This document shows positions 45,379 through 56,850 of a stretch of DNA of 64,000 nucleotides, piece by piece. The stretch is taken from contig DATBRG010000019.1 of the NCBI GenBank assembly GCA_036560445.1, positions 25,958-89,957 on the forward strand, written 5' to 3'. The notes beneath the pieces were generated by a model. It had not been told where the DNA came from and did no database searches. It saw nothing but the letters and a program-made list of their open reading frames with translations. The number at the start of each line of letters is the position of its first letter. Within the stretch, counting starts at the first letter, position 1. This DNA is from Methylophilaceae bacterium. GTDB lineage: Bacteria; Pseudomonadota; Gammaproteobacteria; Burkholderiales; Methylophilaceae. The translations under genes and the position numbers were made by a program.

Positions 45379-47403
45379 ATGTCGAATCGTCTTGCCAATG
45401 AGACCAGCCCTTATCTGCTGCAACATGCCGATAACCCGGTAGACTGGTACCCTTGGGGTGAAGAAGCCCTGAAACTTGCTCGTGAGCAGGATAAACCCAT
45501 CCTTCTGTCAGTTGGGTATTCGGCCTGTCACTGGTGCCATGTGATGGCACACGAGTCATTCGAGGACCCTGAAGTAGCGGCCTTGATGAATGAGCATTTC
45601 ATCAATATCAAGGTCGATCGCGAAGAGCGTCCAGACATCGACCAGATATACCAGACTGCACATGGCATGTTATCCCAGGCTACCGGCGGCTGGCCGCTGA
45701 CCATGTTTCTTACGCCGCAGCAGGAGCCATTCTTCAGCGGTACTTATTTTCCCAAAACACCACGTTATCAACTGCCTGGTTTCGGCAATCTCATTTTACG
45801 TATTGCCGAGTTCTACCATGATCGCAAGGATGATTTAGCCGAGCAGAATCGCCAGCTGATGCAGGCTCTTGCTCGTACTGTTCCCGCCCCCAGCCAGCAA
45901 TTGACAGCCAATACTGACACCATCCAACTTGGTTTTGAGCAACTGCGGGGCAGTTTTGATTTCGAACACGGCGGCTTTGGCCGTGCACCGAAATTTCCTA
46001 ATCCTGCTGATGTAGATTTCCTGCTGCGCCGGGTCGGCAATCAAGAGGCAAAGGCCATGGCTTTGCAGATGCTGCGCAGTATGGCGGCGGGAGGCATCTA
46101 TGACCAGATCGGTGGTGGTTTCTGCCGCTACAGCGTCGATGAGCGCTGGAATATCCCCCACTTTGAGAAGATGCTGTATGACAATGGCCAGTTGCTTTGT
46201 CTCTACGCAGATGGCTGGCTGATAAGCAAAGACGGCATGTTTGAACGTGTCATGGAGGAGACGGTTAGCTGGCTCATGCGAGAAATGCGTTCGCCAGGAG
46301 GCGCTTTTTATTCCTCACTGGATGCAGATTCTCTGGATGAACATGGCCATAGTGAAGAGGGTAAGTTTTATGTCTGGCAGCCAGACGAAGTAAAGGCATT
46401 ACTTAGCCCGGAGGAGTTTGTGGTAGCCGCAAGATGTTACGGCTTCGACCGCGCCGCTAATTTTGAGGGCCAAGCCTGGCATGCTTACCTGGCAGAAACC
46501 CCGGCTACAGAAGATGAGGCTTTGCTACAGAGTGCACGTAAGAAATTATTTGCAGCACGTGAAAAGCGCATACATCCGGGATTGGATGACAAGATACTCA
46601 CTAGCTGGAACGCGCTTGTTATCAAAGGGCTAGCAAAAGCCGGGCGTGTGCTTGATAAACCGGAGTGGATTGTAGCTGCGCAACAGGCAGTGGATTTCAT
46701 TCATGCCAAGCTCTGGGTTGATGGCCGCCTGCTCGCTACTTGCAAGGATGAAACTGCGCACCTGAATGCCTATCTTGATGACTATGCATTTTTGCTCGAT
46801 GCATTGCTTGAGCTCATGCAGGCTGAATATCGACCACAGGATATGGTCTTTGCCGAAGACCTGGCAGAAGCCTTGCTGGAAGAGTTTGAGTCGGATGCTG
46901 GCGGCTTCTATTTTACTGGCCATCGGCATGAGACCTTGATCCATAGGCCTAAGCAGGGCTATGACAACGCCACGCCGAACGGCAACGGTATATCTGCTGT
47001 TGCACTGCAACGTCTCGGGCATGTGCTGGGCGAGCCACGATATCTGCAGGCGGTGGAGCGGGCACTCAAGGCGTTTGATCAGGTGATGCAGCGTAGTCCC
47101 GCAGGTTGTCCTAGTCTGTTGGTCGCACTGGAAGAGTATATGCAAGCGCCCACTTTCGTTGTGCTGCGTGGGCCATCGGCCGAAGCTAAGTGCTGGCAGC
47201 AGGGCATACGACAGCATTATCAACCTGGCGTGATGTGCTTCTATTTGGCAGATAGCTTAAAAGATTTGCCCGCAACGTTGAATCATCCATCCTCGGCAAG
47301 TGTCAACGCTTATATATGCCAGGGCGTTAAATGTTTACCTCCGATAGCTGATCGCTCTCGTTTTCAAGAGGCGATGGCTTCTATGCAGAAAAACATAATT
47401 TAG
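45379..47403 (+). CDS. Thioredoxin-domain protein of the YyaL/DUF255 family (with six-hairpin glycosidase-like domain)
   Basis: 674 aa. N-terminal [21 protein letters not shown]...[11 protein letters not shown] is the DUF255 signature. Confidence 0.85.
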   Translation: MSNRLANETSPYLLQHADNPVDWYPWGEEALKLAREQDKPILLSVGYSACHWCHVMAHESFEDPEVAALMNEHFINIKVDREERPDIDQIYQTAHGMLSQATGGWPLTMFLTPQQEPFFSGTYFPKTPRYQLPGFGNLILRIAEFYHDRKDDLAEQNRQLMQALARTVPAPSQQLTANTDTIQLGFEQLRGSFDFEHGGFGRAPKFPNPADVDFLLRRVGNQEAKAMALQMLRSMAAGGIYDQIGGGFCRYSVDERWNIPHFEKMLYDNGQLLCLYADGWLISKDGMFERVMEETVSWLMREMRSPGGAFYSSLDADSLDEHGHSEEGKFYVWQPDEVKALLSPEEFVVAARCYGFDRAANFEGQAWHAYLAETPATEDEALLQSARKKLFAAREKRIHPGLDDKILTSWNALVIKGLAKAGRVLDKPEWIVAAQQAVDFIHAKLWVDGRLLATCKDETAHLNAYLDDYAFLLDALLELMQAEYRPQDMVFAEDLAEALLEEFESDAGGFYFTGHRHETLIHRPKQGYDNATPNGNGISAVALQRLGHVLGEPRYLQAVERALKAFDQVMQRSPAGCPSLLVALEEYMQAPTFVVLRGPSAEAKCWQQGIRQHYQPGVMCFYLADSLKDLPATLNHPSSASVNAYICQGVKCLPPIADRSRFQEAMASMQKNII

Positions 47404-47446
47404 CTATGATTGCATGGTAAGAGGAATATGGATGTAATAAGGAAAA

Positions 47447-47776
47447 ATGGTGAAATTCTCGCAATCAGTACTTGTTACGTTACTCTTTTTTATCTCAGTA
47501 AGCTTTGCTCACGCAGAATCCGCCGCATATGAACTGGCGCAAAGATACGGGTGTATGGCATGCCACTCGGCTAAGGAGGAGTTGATAGGACCATCCTTCA
47601 AAGCCATAGCGGATAAGTACAGGTCTGATGCAGACGCTAAAAATAAGCTTATCGCCAAGCTAAAAGCTGGTGGCAGTGGAGTCTGGGGCGTAAAAGTCCA
47701 ACCAGCTTACCGAGATGAAATAAAAAATCAGCAGCACTATGGTGTATTGATAGATTGGGTGCTGTCGCAACATTAA
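47447..47776 (+). CDS. Class I c-type cytochrome, c551/c8-like paralogue lacking the usual distal Met
   Basis: 109 aa with a signal peptide, CMACHS haem motif and GGSGVWG block. There is no Met in the mature chain after the CxxCH motif. Confidence 0.8.
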   Translation: MVKFSQSVLVTLLFFISVSFAHAESAAYELAQRYGCMACHSAKEELIGPSFKAIADKYRSDADAKNKLIAKLKAGGSGVWGVKVQPAYRDEIKNQQHYGVLIDWVLSQH

Positions 47777-47794
47777 CTATAAGTTTTAGGAGAT

Positions 47795-48124
47795 ATGATG
47801 AGATACATTTTTGGAGTGCTTCTGATGTCGGGATTATCGGTTTTTGCTAGCCAAGCAATGGCAGATGCAAAAGCAGGTGAAGCAGTGGTTAAGAAAAGCG
47901 ACTGTATGCTTTGCCATGCAGTTGATAAAGCAGTTGTTGGCCCGGCTTTCAAGGATGTTGCAGCCAAATACAAGGGTGCTGACAAAGCGACCATCGCTAA
48001 GCTGGCAGCTAAGGTCAAGGCTGGTGGTAGCGGTGTATGGGGTCAAGCTGCGATGATTCCACATCCACAACTTAGCGATGCAGAACTACAGGATGCAGTG
48101 ACCTGGGTTCTGGCACAACACTAA
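47795..48124 (+). CDS. Cytochrome c551/c552 (class I, c8 family)
   Basis: 109 aa with a signal peptide, CMLCHA, VGPAFKDVAAKY and GGSGVWGQAAMIP. The distal Met is present. Confidence 0.85.
   Translation: MMRYIFGVLLMSGLSVFASQAMADAKAGEAVVKKSDCMLCHAVDKAVVGPAFKDVAAKYKGADKATIAKLAAKVKAGGSGVWGQAAMIPHPQLSDAELQDAVTWVLAQH
48049..48078. terminator. Bidirectional intrinsic terminator between the cytochrome c gene and the convergent permease gene
   Basis: AAAAAA-GCCAGCA-TTTA-TGCTGGC-TTTTTT. Confidence 0.8.
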
Positions 48125-48198
48125 TCCAGTCGATTAGTTTGTAGCCATAAAAAAGCCAGCATTTATGCTGGCTTTTTTATGTTCCGGCTATCTCAAAA

Positions 48199-49599
48199 CT
48201 AAACGGATTTCAGTTTGCTGTTATGCATGGAGTAGGCAAAGTAAACCACCACACCCACACACAGCCAGATAAGGAAGCGGTGCCAGGTTTCTGCGGGTAG
48301 AAAAGTGGTCAAAGCACCACAAGACAATATGCCCAGCACCGGTATCAGCGGGTTCCAAGGGTTCTTGAATGGTCGCTTGAGGTTGGGCTGGCGGATACGC
48401 AGTACGATGACGCCTACACAAACCATGATAAAACTCATTAGCGTCCCAATATTGACGGTCTCAGCTAGTTCACCTAAGGGGAAGAATCCAGCAACTAGGG
48501 AGATGACGAATCCACACAATAAGATGATGCGTACAGGTGTTTGCCGACTAGGGTCGATTTTCGAGAATATCGGCGATATCAGCCCATCACGGCTCATGGC
48601 ATAAAGAATACGTGTCAGCCCGTACAGTAGCACCAGTAGTACGGTAATGAGCCCCGCCAGTACACCGGTAGCAACCAGTGTGGATGACCAGGTATAGCCG
48701 ATCTTGGTTAGTGCATAGGCAACAGGCTGTGCCACATTCAGTTCGGTATAAGGCACGATGCCGGTTAATAGTCCAGATACCAGAATATAAACCAGGGTAC
48801 AGAACGAAAGCGAGGCAATCAGGCCAATCGGCAGATCCCGCTGTGGGTTCTTGGCCTCATCTGCCGCGGTGGATACCGCATCAAAACCAAAATAGGCAAA
48901 GAATACTAGCGATGCGCCAGCGAATACGCCTATGGTTTTGCCGTTCTCTAGCGTGTCAAACCAACCATACGGCATAAACGGGTGCCAGTTCTCAGGGTGC
49001 ACATTAAACGAAGCAATGGCGATGAAAATGACGATGGTGCTGAGCTTGATGGCGACAATGACATTGTTGAATTGAGAGCTTTGCTTAACACCGCTGATTA
49101 ATAGCAGCGTCAATATCCAGATAATTGCAAAGGCTGGTAGATTGATAATACCGCCAAGCATAGGTGCCTTGGTAAGAGTTACGGGCAGGCTGATATTAAA
49201 ATTGGCTAGTGTGCCGATGAAATAGCCTGACCAACCATTAGCAACAGCTGCCGCTCCTACACCATATTCCAGTAGCAGAATCCAGCCCATCATCCAGGCA
49301 ATGAATTCACCAAATGCTGCGTAGCTGTAGCCGTAGGCGCTACCAGAGCCGCCCACCGATGCCGCCAGTTCTGCATAGGAGAATGCGGCAAATCCTGAAG
49401 CGATACCCGCGAAAACAAACGACAACATCACTGCTGGCCCCGATTGGGTCGCAGCGGCGATACCGGTTAATACGAATATGCCGGTGCCTATTGCACAGCC
49501 TATCCCCAGCAATGCGAGGTCAAATGCAGTCAGGCATTTTTTCAGGCCACTGTTGGTATTGAGCTCTACAGGTTTGGTGCGGAAAAGTTGTGCAAGCAT
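48199..49599 (-). CDS. APC-superfamily amino acid permease (cationic amino acid transporter-like)
   Basis: 466 aa with 12-13 TM segments and an N-terminal LKKCLTAFDLALLGIGCAIGTGIFVLTG block. Confidence 0.8.
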   Translation of the reverse strand: MLAQLFRTKPVELNTNSGLKKCLTAFDLALLGIGCAIGTGIFVLTGIAAATQSGPAVMLSFVFAGIASGFAAFSYAELAASVGGSGSAYGYSYAAFGEFIAWMMGWILLLEYGVGAAAVANGWSGYFIGTLANFNISLPVTLTKAPMLGGIINLPAFAIIWILTLLLISGVKQSSQFNNVIVAIKLSTIVIFIAIASFNVHPENWHPFMPYGWFDTLENGKTIGVFAGASLVFFAYFGFDAVSTAADEAKNPQRDLPIGLIASLSFCTLVYILVSGLLTGIVPYTELNVAQPVAYALTKIGYTWSSTLVATGVLAGLITVLLVLLYGLTRILYAMSRDGLISPIFSKIDPSRQTPVRIILLCGFVISLVAGFFPLGELAETVNIGTLMSFIMVCVGVIVLRIRQPNLKRPFKNPWNPLIPVLGILSCGALTTFLPAETWHRFLIWLCVGVVVYFAYSMHNSKLKSV

Positions 49600-49647
49600 G
49601 GTTTCTCCCTATTTTTATTTAAGTATGCACGAATCACGCCAAAATAT

Positions 49648-50553
49648 TCAGGTTTTTGCCAGCCAATCACGATCAACCAGGAAATCGCTGTAAAGTTTTG
49701 CTTCCGGGCTACCTTCCGTAGGCTTCCAGTCATAGCGCCATTTAACGATGGGTGGCATGGACATTAATATGGACTCGGTGCGGCCATTTGATTGCAGGCC
49801 AAATAGCGTGCCACGGTCATATACCAGGTTGAATTCAACATAACGCCCACGCCGGTAGGCCTGAAAATCCCGCTCCCGTTCACCATAAGAGGTATCCTTG
49901 CGGCGTTGCAGTATAGGCAGATAGGCATTGAGGAAACTATCGCCCACTGCCTTTTGCAGGGCAAAGCTGCGCTCAAACCCCAGCTCGTTAAAGTCATCAA
50001 AAAAGATACCGCCTATACCACGTGGCTCTTTGCGATGCTTGAGGTAGAAGTATTCATCGCATTGTTTCTTGAATTGTGGATAGTACTTTGTATCAAATGC
50101 ATCCAGCGCACTCTTGTTGGTGCGGTGAAAGTGGATGCAGTCATCGTCAAAGCCGTAATAAGGTGTCAGGTCCATGCCGCCACCGAACCACCAGATTGGT
50201 TCCTCACCAGTTTTCTCTGCAACAAAAAACCGGATATTCATATGCACCGTCGGCACATAGGGATTGCGCGGATGTAATACCAGAGATACGCCCATCGCCT
50301 GCCAACTGCGGCCAGATGCCTCTGGGTGGGCAACAGTAGCTGCTGGCGGCAATTTGTTGCCGAGCACATGGGAAAAGCCGACGCCCGCGCGTTCAAATAC
50401 GTTACCTTCTTCTAACAGACATGAGGTCCCGCCACCACCTTCGGCGCGCTGCCAGCTATCGTGCAGGAAATTCTTGCCATCTACCAGTTCAAGCGCCTCG
50501 ACGATACGTGTTTGCAGGCCTTGCAGGTAATTCAGAACGACATCGGGATTCAT
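49648..50553 (-). CDS. hemF: Oxygen-dependent coproporphyrinogen III oxidase
   Basis: 301 aa with the RFFVAE...[13 protein letters not shown] and GGIFFDD motifs. Confidence 0.9.
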   Translation of the reverse strand: MNPDVVLNYLQGLQTRIVEALELVDGKNFLHDSWQRAEGGGGTSCLLEEGNVFERAGVGFSHVLGNKLPPAATVAHPEASGRSWQAMGVSLVLHPRNPYVPTVHMNIRFFVAEKTGEEPIWWFGGGMDLTPYYGFDDDCIHFHRTNKSALDAFDTKYYPQFKKQCDEYFYLKHRKEPRGIGGIFFDDFNELGFERSFALQKAVGDSFLNAYLPILQRRKDTSYGERERDFQAYRRGRYVEFNLVYDRGTLFGLQSNGRTESILMSMPPIVKWRYDWKPTEGSPEAKLYSDFLVDRDWLAKT

Positions 50554-50566
50554 TGATACTCTCTAA

Positions 50567-51118
50567 TTAGGCGCGCAGGATGCGCCCGGTTGCCAGGTCC
50601 TGGATGGTGGAAGGTTTGCGCCGTTTGCCAATGCGGCCAGCGATGATTCTAACGCTGTCACCGAATAAACGGTAACAGTCGCGAGTACTCTTGGCTGGCC
50701 GTAACCCGCTACGATTGGCGCTGGTGGAAACCAGTGCCATGCCCGCTTGAACGCATAGCTTTGCAGCAGGTTTGAATGCAGTGACACGAATAGCGATCGT
50801 TGGGTGACGGCCAGTCAAGGTTTTTGGGCAATGCCTGCCAGCGGGAACCAGCCAGGTATGTGGGCCTGGCCAGGTGCTATTGAGTTTGGCCTGTTGCTCA
50901 TGATTGATAGGTGCAATATAAGGCAGAAACTGCGTCAGTTCGCTACCAATCAGGATCAGGCCTTTGTGTTGCGGCCGGCCTTTAATTCTGAGCAATCGCT
51001 GCAAGCCGAGACGGTTTCTGGGATCGCAGCCCAAGCCAAAGCAGGATTCGGTGGGGTAGGCAATAATGCCGCCGTTACGCAAGTAATGCTGCAATCCGCG
51101 ATTGCTGCTGCCAGCCAT
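50567..51118 (-). CDS. tsaC: L-threonylcarbamoyladenylate synthase type 1 (YrdC/TsaC)
   Basis: 183 aa with the YPTESCFGLGCD, IKGRP and STSAN motifs. Confidence 0.85.
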   Translation of the reverse strand: MAGSSNRGLQHYLRNGGIIAYPTESCFGLGCDPRNRLGLQRLLRIKGRPQHKGLILIGSELTQFLPYIAPINHEQQAKLNSTWPGPHTWLVPAGRHCPKTLTGRHPTIAIRVTAFKPAAKLCVQAGMALVSTSANRSGLRPAKSTRDCYRLFGDSVRIIAGRIGKRRKPSTIQDLATGRILRA

Positions 51119-51130
51119 TGTCGGTGTTTC

Positions 51131-52399
51131 CTAGGATTTAACGGCTCTAAAACCAATATCCTTGCGGTATTGGGCGCCGGTGAACTTGATTTCTTCGGCA
51201 ATCTGGTAGGCTCGGCTCTGCGCGTATTTAACAGTTTCACCAAGTGCAGTCACACACAGCACACGGCCACCGCTGGTAATTGCCTGGCCGTCCTTGAGTG
51301 TGGTTCCGGCATGGAATACATGTGCATCCTGCAGGTCTTTCGGCAGGCCAGAGATCACATCGCCGGTGCGTGGCGCTTCTGGATAGTTCGCTGCGGCCAT
51401 CACCACGCCCAGTGCGGTACGCCTGTCCCAGTCCGCTTCGATTTTATCCAGCGTGCCTTCCACAGCATGTTCGGCCAGTGTCACCAAGTCACTCTTGAGG
51501 CGCAGCATGATAGGCTGGGTCTCAGGGTCGCCCATGCGGCAGTTGAATTCCAGCGTTTTAACATCACCGTTGGGTGAAATCATGAGGCCTGCGTAGAGGA
51601 ATCCAGTGTATGGGATTCCATCCTTAGACATCCCAGCCACAGTAGGCCTGATGATTTCACGCATGACCTTGGCATGGATGGTTGGCGTTACCACGGGAGC
51701 GGGCGAGTAGGCACCCATCCCACCAGTATTCGGCCCCTGGTCGCCATCCAGTAATCGTTTATGGTCCTGACTAGTTGCCAAAGGCAGGATGTTCTTGCCA
51801 TCGACCATGACGATAAAACTGGCTTCTTCGCCCTGCAGGAATTCTTCTATCACAACACGTGCGCCAGCTTGCCCCAGCTTATTGTCGGCCAGCATAGCGT
51901 CAATGGCTTCATGCGCTTCGGCTTCATTCATGGCGACGACCACACCTTTGCCCGCTGCCAGACCATCGGCTTTAACGACTATCGGGGCACCTTGGGTGTG
52001 TACATATTCATGCGCAGCGGCCGCGTCTGTAAATGTGGCATAAGCCGCAGTAGGGATGCCATGGCGCAGCATGAATGCCTTGGCGAAATCCTTGGAGCTT
52101 TCCAGCTGGGCGGCAGCCTTGGTAGGGCCGAAAATCTTCAGGCCTTTGCCATTGAAGGCATTCACCACACCTTGCGATAAGGGTGCTTCCGGGCCAACAA
52201 TAGTCAGGCCGATCTGTTCTTTGCGGGCAAACTCCACCAAATCGGCGACTTCGGTGATCGGCACATTTTTCATGTCAGGATTGAGTGCCGTGCCAGCATT
52301 GCCTGGCGCCACGTATACCATGCTGATTCTCGGGCTTTGCGCCAGCTTCCAGGCTAGAGCATGTTCGCGACCACCACCACCGATTACGAGTATCTTCAT
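51131..52399 (-). CDS. purD: Phosphoribosylamine-glycine ligase
   Basis: 422 aa with MKILVIGGGGREHALAWKL and an ATP-grasp body. Confidence 0.95.
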   Translation of the reverse strand: MKILVIGGGGREHALAWKLAQSPRISMVYVAPGNAGTALNPDMKNVPITEVADLVEFARKEQIGLTIVGPEAPLSQGVVNAFNGKGLKIFGPTKAAAQLESSKDFAKAFMLRHGIPTAAYATFTDAAAAHEYVHTQGAPIVVKADGLAAGKGVVVAMNEAEAHEAIDAMLADNKLGQAGARVVIEEFLQGEEASFIVMVDGKNILPLATSQDHKRLLDGDQGPNTGGMGAYSPAPVVTPTIHAKVMREIIRPTVAGMSKDGIPYTGFLYAGLMISPNGDVKTLEFNCRMGDPETQPIMLRLKSDLVTLAEHAVEGTLDKIEADWDRRTALGVVMAAANYPEAPRTGDVISGLPKDLQDAHVFHAGTTLKDGQAITSGGRVLCVTALGETVKYAQSRAYQIAEEIKFTGAQYRKDIGFRAVKS

Positions 52400-52411
52400 A
52401 TGAATCCCAAT

Positions 52412-53998
52412 CTAGTGGCGGAAATGGCGAATACCGGTAAGTACCATAGCCAAACCATGCTCGTCCGCGGCGGCAATCACTTCTTCATCGCGCATGCTGC
52501 CGCCGGGATGGATGACGCAGGCTGCACCGGCTTCTGCCAGCACATCAATACCATCGCGGAATGGGAAGAAAGCATCTGAAGCGACTACGGAGCCCTTTAG
52601 CGTCAAACCGGCATTTTGCGCCTTGATAGCGGCAATGCGAGTGCTGTCGACACGGCTCATTTGCCCTGCACCTACACCTAGAGTCATACCGTCACCACAG
52701 AACACGATGGCGTTGGATTTGACGTATTTTGCTACGCGCCAGGCAAACAGCAGGTCTTGCAGCTGCTTTTCGCTAGGTTGTTTCTTGGTGACGATTTTCA
52801 GGTCGGCTACACCGATTTCGTGATTGTCTGCCGTCTGGATCAGGATGCCAGAACCTACGCGCTTAATGTTGTGCGAATTGCGGCCTTTTTCCCAAGCAGT
52901 CTCGCCGCCAGTAGGTAAGTCAATCTTCAGTACACGTACATTAGCCTTGGCTTTGAAGATGGCCAGTGCTTCTGGGGTGTAAGCGGGTGCGATCAATACT
53001 TCCACGAACTGCTTGGATACGGCTTCGGCCGCAGCGGCATCTACAGGCTGGTTAAATGCAATGATGCCGCCAAAAGCTGAGCTAGGGTCGGTTTTGAAAG
53101 CCTTGTTGTAGGCTTCCAGAGGGGTCGTGCCCAAGGCTACGCCGCAAGGGTTGGCATGCTTTACGATGACGCATGCAGAGGTGTCGAAAGATTTAACGCA
53201 CTCCCAAGCGGCGTCGGCATCAGCGATATTGTTGTAGGACAGCTCCTTGCCTTGTAATTGCTGTGCTGCTACCAGCGAACCGGGTGCTGGGTGCAAATCG
53301 CGGTAAAAGGCGGCTTGCTGGTGAGGGTTTTCACCGTAACGTAGATCCTGCAGTTTGACGAAACGGCCATTGGTCTGGCCAGGGAACGCATTACGCGTGC
53401 CGTCTATGTTGAACGAGGACAGGTAATCGCTAATGGCCGCATCGTAGTTGCTGATGCGGTTGAAGGCCGCTACGGATAATCCAAAACGGGTTGCCTGGCT
53501 GGTGGCACCGCCAGTGCTCTTCATCTCTGCCAGTACGGCTGTATATTGCGAAGCATCTGTCAGTACGGTCACATCTTTCCAGTTCTTGGCGGCAGAGCGC
53601 ACCATGGCTGGGCCGCCGATGTCGATATTCTCGATGGCTTCTTCCAGCGTGCAATCGACCTTGGCGACAGTAGCCTCAAATGGGTAGAGATTGACTACCA
53701 GTAAGTCGATATTGGGAATCCCGGCTGTTTGCATGGCAGCTACGTGCTCAGGCAAATCGCGTCGGCCGAGCAGGCCACCGTGGACCTTCGGGTGCAAGGT
53801 CTTCACGCGGCCATCCAGCATTTCAGGGAAGCCAGTGTAATCACTGACTTCGATCACAGCGATATCGTTGTCGCGGAACAGTTTTGCCGTTCCACCGGTG
53901 GAGAGTATCTCAACACCAAAGCCGCTTAACGCCTTGGCAAATTCCACAATACCTTGTTTATCGGAAACACTGATGAGAGCACGTTTGATGACAGCCAT
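52412..53998 (-). CDS. purH: Bifunctional AICAR transformylase / IMP cyclohydrolase
   Basis: 528 aa with RALISVSDK...LSTGGTAK and a C-terminal ...TGIRHFRH. Confidence 0.95.
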   Translation of the reverse strand: MAVIKRALISVSDKQGIVEFAKALSGFGVEILSTGGTAKLFRDNDIAVIEVSDYTGFPEMLDGRVKTLHPKVHGGLLGRRDLPEHVAAMQTAGIPNIDLLVVNLYPFEATVAKVDCTLEEAIENIDIGGPAMVRSAAKNWKDVTVLTDASQYTAVLAEMKSTGGATSQATRFGLSVAAFNRISNYDAAISDYLSSFNIDGTRNAFPGQTNGRFVKLQDLRYGENPHQQAAFYRDLHPAPGSLVAAQQLQGKELSYNNIADADAAWECVKSFDTSACVIVKHANPCGVALGTTPLEAYNKAFKTDPSSAFGGIIAFNQPVDAAAAEAVSKQFVEVLIAPAYTPEALAIFKAKANVRVLKIDLPTGGETAWEKGRNSHNIKRVGSGILIQTADNHEIGVADLKIVTKKQPSEKQLQDLLFAWRVAKYVKSNAIVFCGDGMTLGVGAGQMSRVDSTRIAAIKAQNAGLTLKGSVVASDAFFPFRDGIDVLAEAGAACVIHPGGSMRDEEVIAAADEHGLAMVLTGIRHFRH

Positions 53999-54021
53999 GA
54001 TGAAAACTTAAAGAAAGGAGA

Positions 54022-54255
54022 TTATTGAATGTGGTACTGCTGCAACTTCTTACGCAGTGTATTGCGGTTTAGGCCGAGTATCTCGGCAGCCTTGCTCTGG
54101 TTGCCTCCGGCGCGATTAAGCACATATTCCAGCAAGGGTTTTTCCACGCACTGCAGTAGCATGTCGTATACGGCATGTGGTCGCTGGCCATCAAGATCCT
54201 TGAAATACTCATCGAGGGCGGCACGCACGCAGGCGTCTATGTCTTTATTACTCAT
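54022..54255 (-). CDS. fis: DNA-binding protein Fis
   Basis: 77 aa with C-terminal GNQSKAAEILGLNRNTLRKKL HTH. Overlaps the dusB stop by 1 nt (TGATG). Confidence 0.9.
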   Translation of the reverse strand: MSNKDIDACVRAALDEYFKDLDGQRPHAVYDMLLQCVEKPLLEYVLNRAGGNQSKAAEILGLNRNTLRKKLQQYHIQ

Positions 54256-55271
54256 CAGGCCGCCAGCGCTTCTTCAGGTTCTTCGTATTGCAAACGTTCG
54301 CCTTGCTGTTGCAGCTGCGCGAAGAAGGTGTTGATAGCATCCAATTGCAGCTCTATGGTCTGTAGCTGGTTCATGTTGTGGCGGAAATTAGCAGAGCCCA
54401 CGAGTCCCTTGGTGTACCAGGAGATATGCTTGCGCGCTACGCGCATACCGGTAAGGTCGCCATAAAATGCATAGAGGTCTTGCAGATGTTCCAGCATGAC
54501 TTGGTGAATCTCAGTAACAGTTGGCGGTGGCAGGTGTGTGCCAGTTGCCAGGTAGTGTTCAATTTCACGGAATATCCAAGGACGGCCCTGCGCGGCGCGG
54601 CCTATCATGACGGCGTCTGCCTTGGTGTAATCCAGCACGTATTTGGCTTTTTCCGGGGTGGCGATGTCGCCATTGGCAATCAGTGGGATATTAATTGCCT
54701 GCTTAACGGCGGCGATAGTGTCGTATTCGGCCTCACCCATATAGGCGCAGGCGCGTGTGCGGCCATGCATAGCCAGTGCCTGCACGCCGATGTCCTCAGC
54801 CATTCTGGCCACGGCAATGGCATTACGGTTCTGCTTATCCCAACCGGTGCGGATTTTCAGGGTGACGGGAACATCCACTGCGGCAACTACGGCCTTGAGT
54901 ATCTGTGATACCAGTGGTTCATCCTTGAGCAGAGCAGAGCCTGCCATCACATTACAAATTTTCTTGGCTGGGCAGCCCATATTGATATCAATGATCTGCG
55001 CGCCATTGTCGACGTTGTATTTGGCCGCTTCAGCCATCATCCTAGGGTCGGCGCCGGCAATCTGTACCGAGATGGGGTCAACTTCACCCTCATGGTTGGC
55101 ACGCCGCAGGGTTTTTTCGCTGCCGTACAGTAGGGAATTGGAAGTCACCATCTCGGACACAGCTAAACCTGCGCCGAGCTTTTTGCATAGGATGCGGAAA
55201 GGCCTGTCGGTTACGCCAGCCATGGGCGCAACGACAAGATTGTTCTTCAGTTTGTAAGGGCCGATTTGCAT
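54255..55271 (-). CDS. dusB: tRNA-dihydrouridine synthase B
   Basis: 338 aa with APMAGVTDRPFR and IDINMGCPAKK. The dusB-fis arrangement is classical. Confidence 0.9.
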   Translation of the reverse strand: MQIGPYKLKNNLVVAPMAGVTDRPFRILCKKLGAGLAVSEMVTSNSLLYGSEKTLRRANHEGEVDPISVQIAGADPRMMAEAAKYNVDNGAQIIDINMGCPAKKICNVMAGSALLKDEPLVSQILKAVVAAVDVPVTLKIRTGWDKQNRNAIAVARMAEDIGVQALAMHGRTRACAYMGEAEYDTIAAVKQAINIPLIANGDIATPEKAKYVLDYTKADAVMIGRAAQGRPWIFREIEHYLATGTHLPPPTVTEIHQVMLEHLQDLYAFYGDLTGMRVARKHISWYTKGLVGSANFRHNMNQLQTIELQLDAINTFFAQLQQQGERLQYEEPEEALAA

Positions 55272-55569
55272 TGCTGCTTAATTCAGTCTTTTCTTTTGAT
55301 ATCTATAGCAACTTGGTTGGATGCTGATGTACTCATTTCCACTTCGTTCTCTTTTCCCCTGATACCAGAGAACTGCAATGTCGCGGAAAAGTTGCCTATT
55401 TTATATGCAATCCGCATGTCTGTGAAAAACAATTAAGCTAAATTTTATATGGGATTAACAAAGCAATATTTTAGCCAGAGTGCACAAGTGGTTTGGCCTC
55501 ATGGGTTTGCGAGGCGGGCACAGTCTCGCGTATATTCTGGCCATGAATATTTTTATTGCAGGCTAAGCC

Positions 55570-56844
55570 ATGCCACGAACTCAGCGGCCGTCGATACACC
55601 ACATCGCTTTCGCCAGCTTTGTTGGCACGGCAATCGAATTCTATGATTTTTATATCTACGCCATGGCGGCTGCACTGGTCATTGGTCAGGTATTCTTCCC
55701 CGCCAGCGACCCGGCTACACAATCCCTTAATGCTTTCCTGACTTTTGGCATTGCCTTTATCGCACGGCCCTTGGGGGCTCTGCTATTCGGCCATTTTGGC
55801 GATCGCTTTGGACGTAAGACGACTCTGGCGGCCTCTTTGCTGGTGATGGGTGTTTCCACCTTACTCATAGGCTGTTTGCCTGGCTACGATGTACTTGGTA
55901 CATGGGCCCCAGTGTTTTTGTGTGTATTGCGTTTTGGGCAAGGCATGGGCATAGGGGGTGAATGGGGTGGGGCGGCGCTGCTAGCGAGCGAGTATGCGCC
56001 ACATGATAAGCGTGGCTGGTATGGCATGTTCCCGCAACTTGGGCCTTCGGTAGGTTTTTTGCTCGCTACCTTGAGTTTTCTCGGCTTGGCAGTGTTTCTG
56101 AGCGATGCCGAATTCAAGGCCTGGGGCTGGCGGTTGCCATTTCTTGCCAGTGCATTGCTGGTGGTAGTGGGGTTATATGTGCGTTTCAAGCTCGCCGAGA
56201 CCCCGGTTTTTACCCACGCATTACGGCAGAAATCCACACTGAAGCTACCGTTCAAGACATTGCTTACGCTACATTTGCGACCAGTGCTGCTCGGAGCGTT
56301 GGCGATGGTGGTCTGCTACAACCTGTTTTATACAGCGACAGTATTCTGCCTGAGCTATGGCACAGCTAAGCTGGGTATTTCACGGCCGGATTTTCTGGGT
56401 ATGTTGTGCGTCGCCATCCTGTTTATGACTCTGGCAACACCTATAGCTGCCTGGCTGAGTGATCGCTTTGGTCGTCGGCCAGTATTGCTGGCAAGTAGTG
56501 CGCTGGCAGTGCTAGCAGGATTTGCCTTAAGCCCATTGATGATGAGCGGTTCAGCGTTTCAAATTACATTATTCCTGTCACTGGCTTTATTCCTGATGGG
56601 AGCGACTTTTGCGCCTATGGGGGCAATGCTGCCAGAGCTGTTTCCGGTGGTGGTGCGCTATAGTGGCGCCGGTGTAAGTTACCAGCTAGGCGGCATACTA
56701 GGCGCTTCGTTTGCGCCTTATATCTCGCAACTGCTGGTTAATCGGGGTGGTTTGGCTTGGGTGGGTTTCTATGTTTCAGCCACTGCCGCCGTAAGTTTCT
56801 TTGCAGTGCTGGTGATGCACGAAACGCGCGATCGACAGCTATAA
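55570..56844 (+). CDS. MFS transporter, metabolite:H+ symporter-like
   Basis: 424 aa with 12 TM segments and N-terminal GTAIEFYDFYIY...RPLGALLFGHFGDRFGRK, typical of the MHS family. Confidence 0.75.
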   Translation: MPRTQRPSIHHIAFASFVGTAIEFYDFYIYAMAAALVIGQVFFPASDPATQSLNAFLTFGIAFIARPLGALLFGHFGDRFGRKTTLAASLLVMGVSTLLIGCLPGYDVLGTWAPVFLCVLRFGQGMGIGGEWGGAALLASEYAPHDKRGWYGMFPQLGPSVGFLLATLSFLGLAVFLSDAEFKAWGWRLPFLASALLVVVGLYVRFKLAETPVFTHALRQKSTLKLPFKTLLTLHLRPVLLGALAMVVCYNLFYTATVFCLSYGTAKLGISRPDFLGMLCVAILFMTLATPIAAWLSDRFGRRPVLLASSALAVLAGFALSPLMMSGSAFQITLFLSLALFLMGATFAPMGAMLPELFPVVVRYSGAGVSYQLGGILGASFAPYISQLLVNRGGLAWVGFYVSATAAVSFFAVLVMHETRDRQL

Positions 56845-56850
56845 GAGTAG

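Noticed and set aside
50804-51577. 257-aa plus-strand ORF
   Set aside because: It is antisense to the well-supported tsaC and purD genes. The composition is Ala/Gly/Arg-rich with low complexity, typical of a shadow ORF in GC-rich coding DNA. I see no motif and no RBS.
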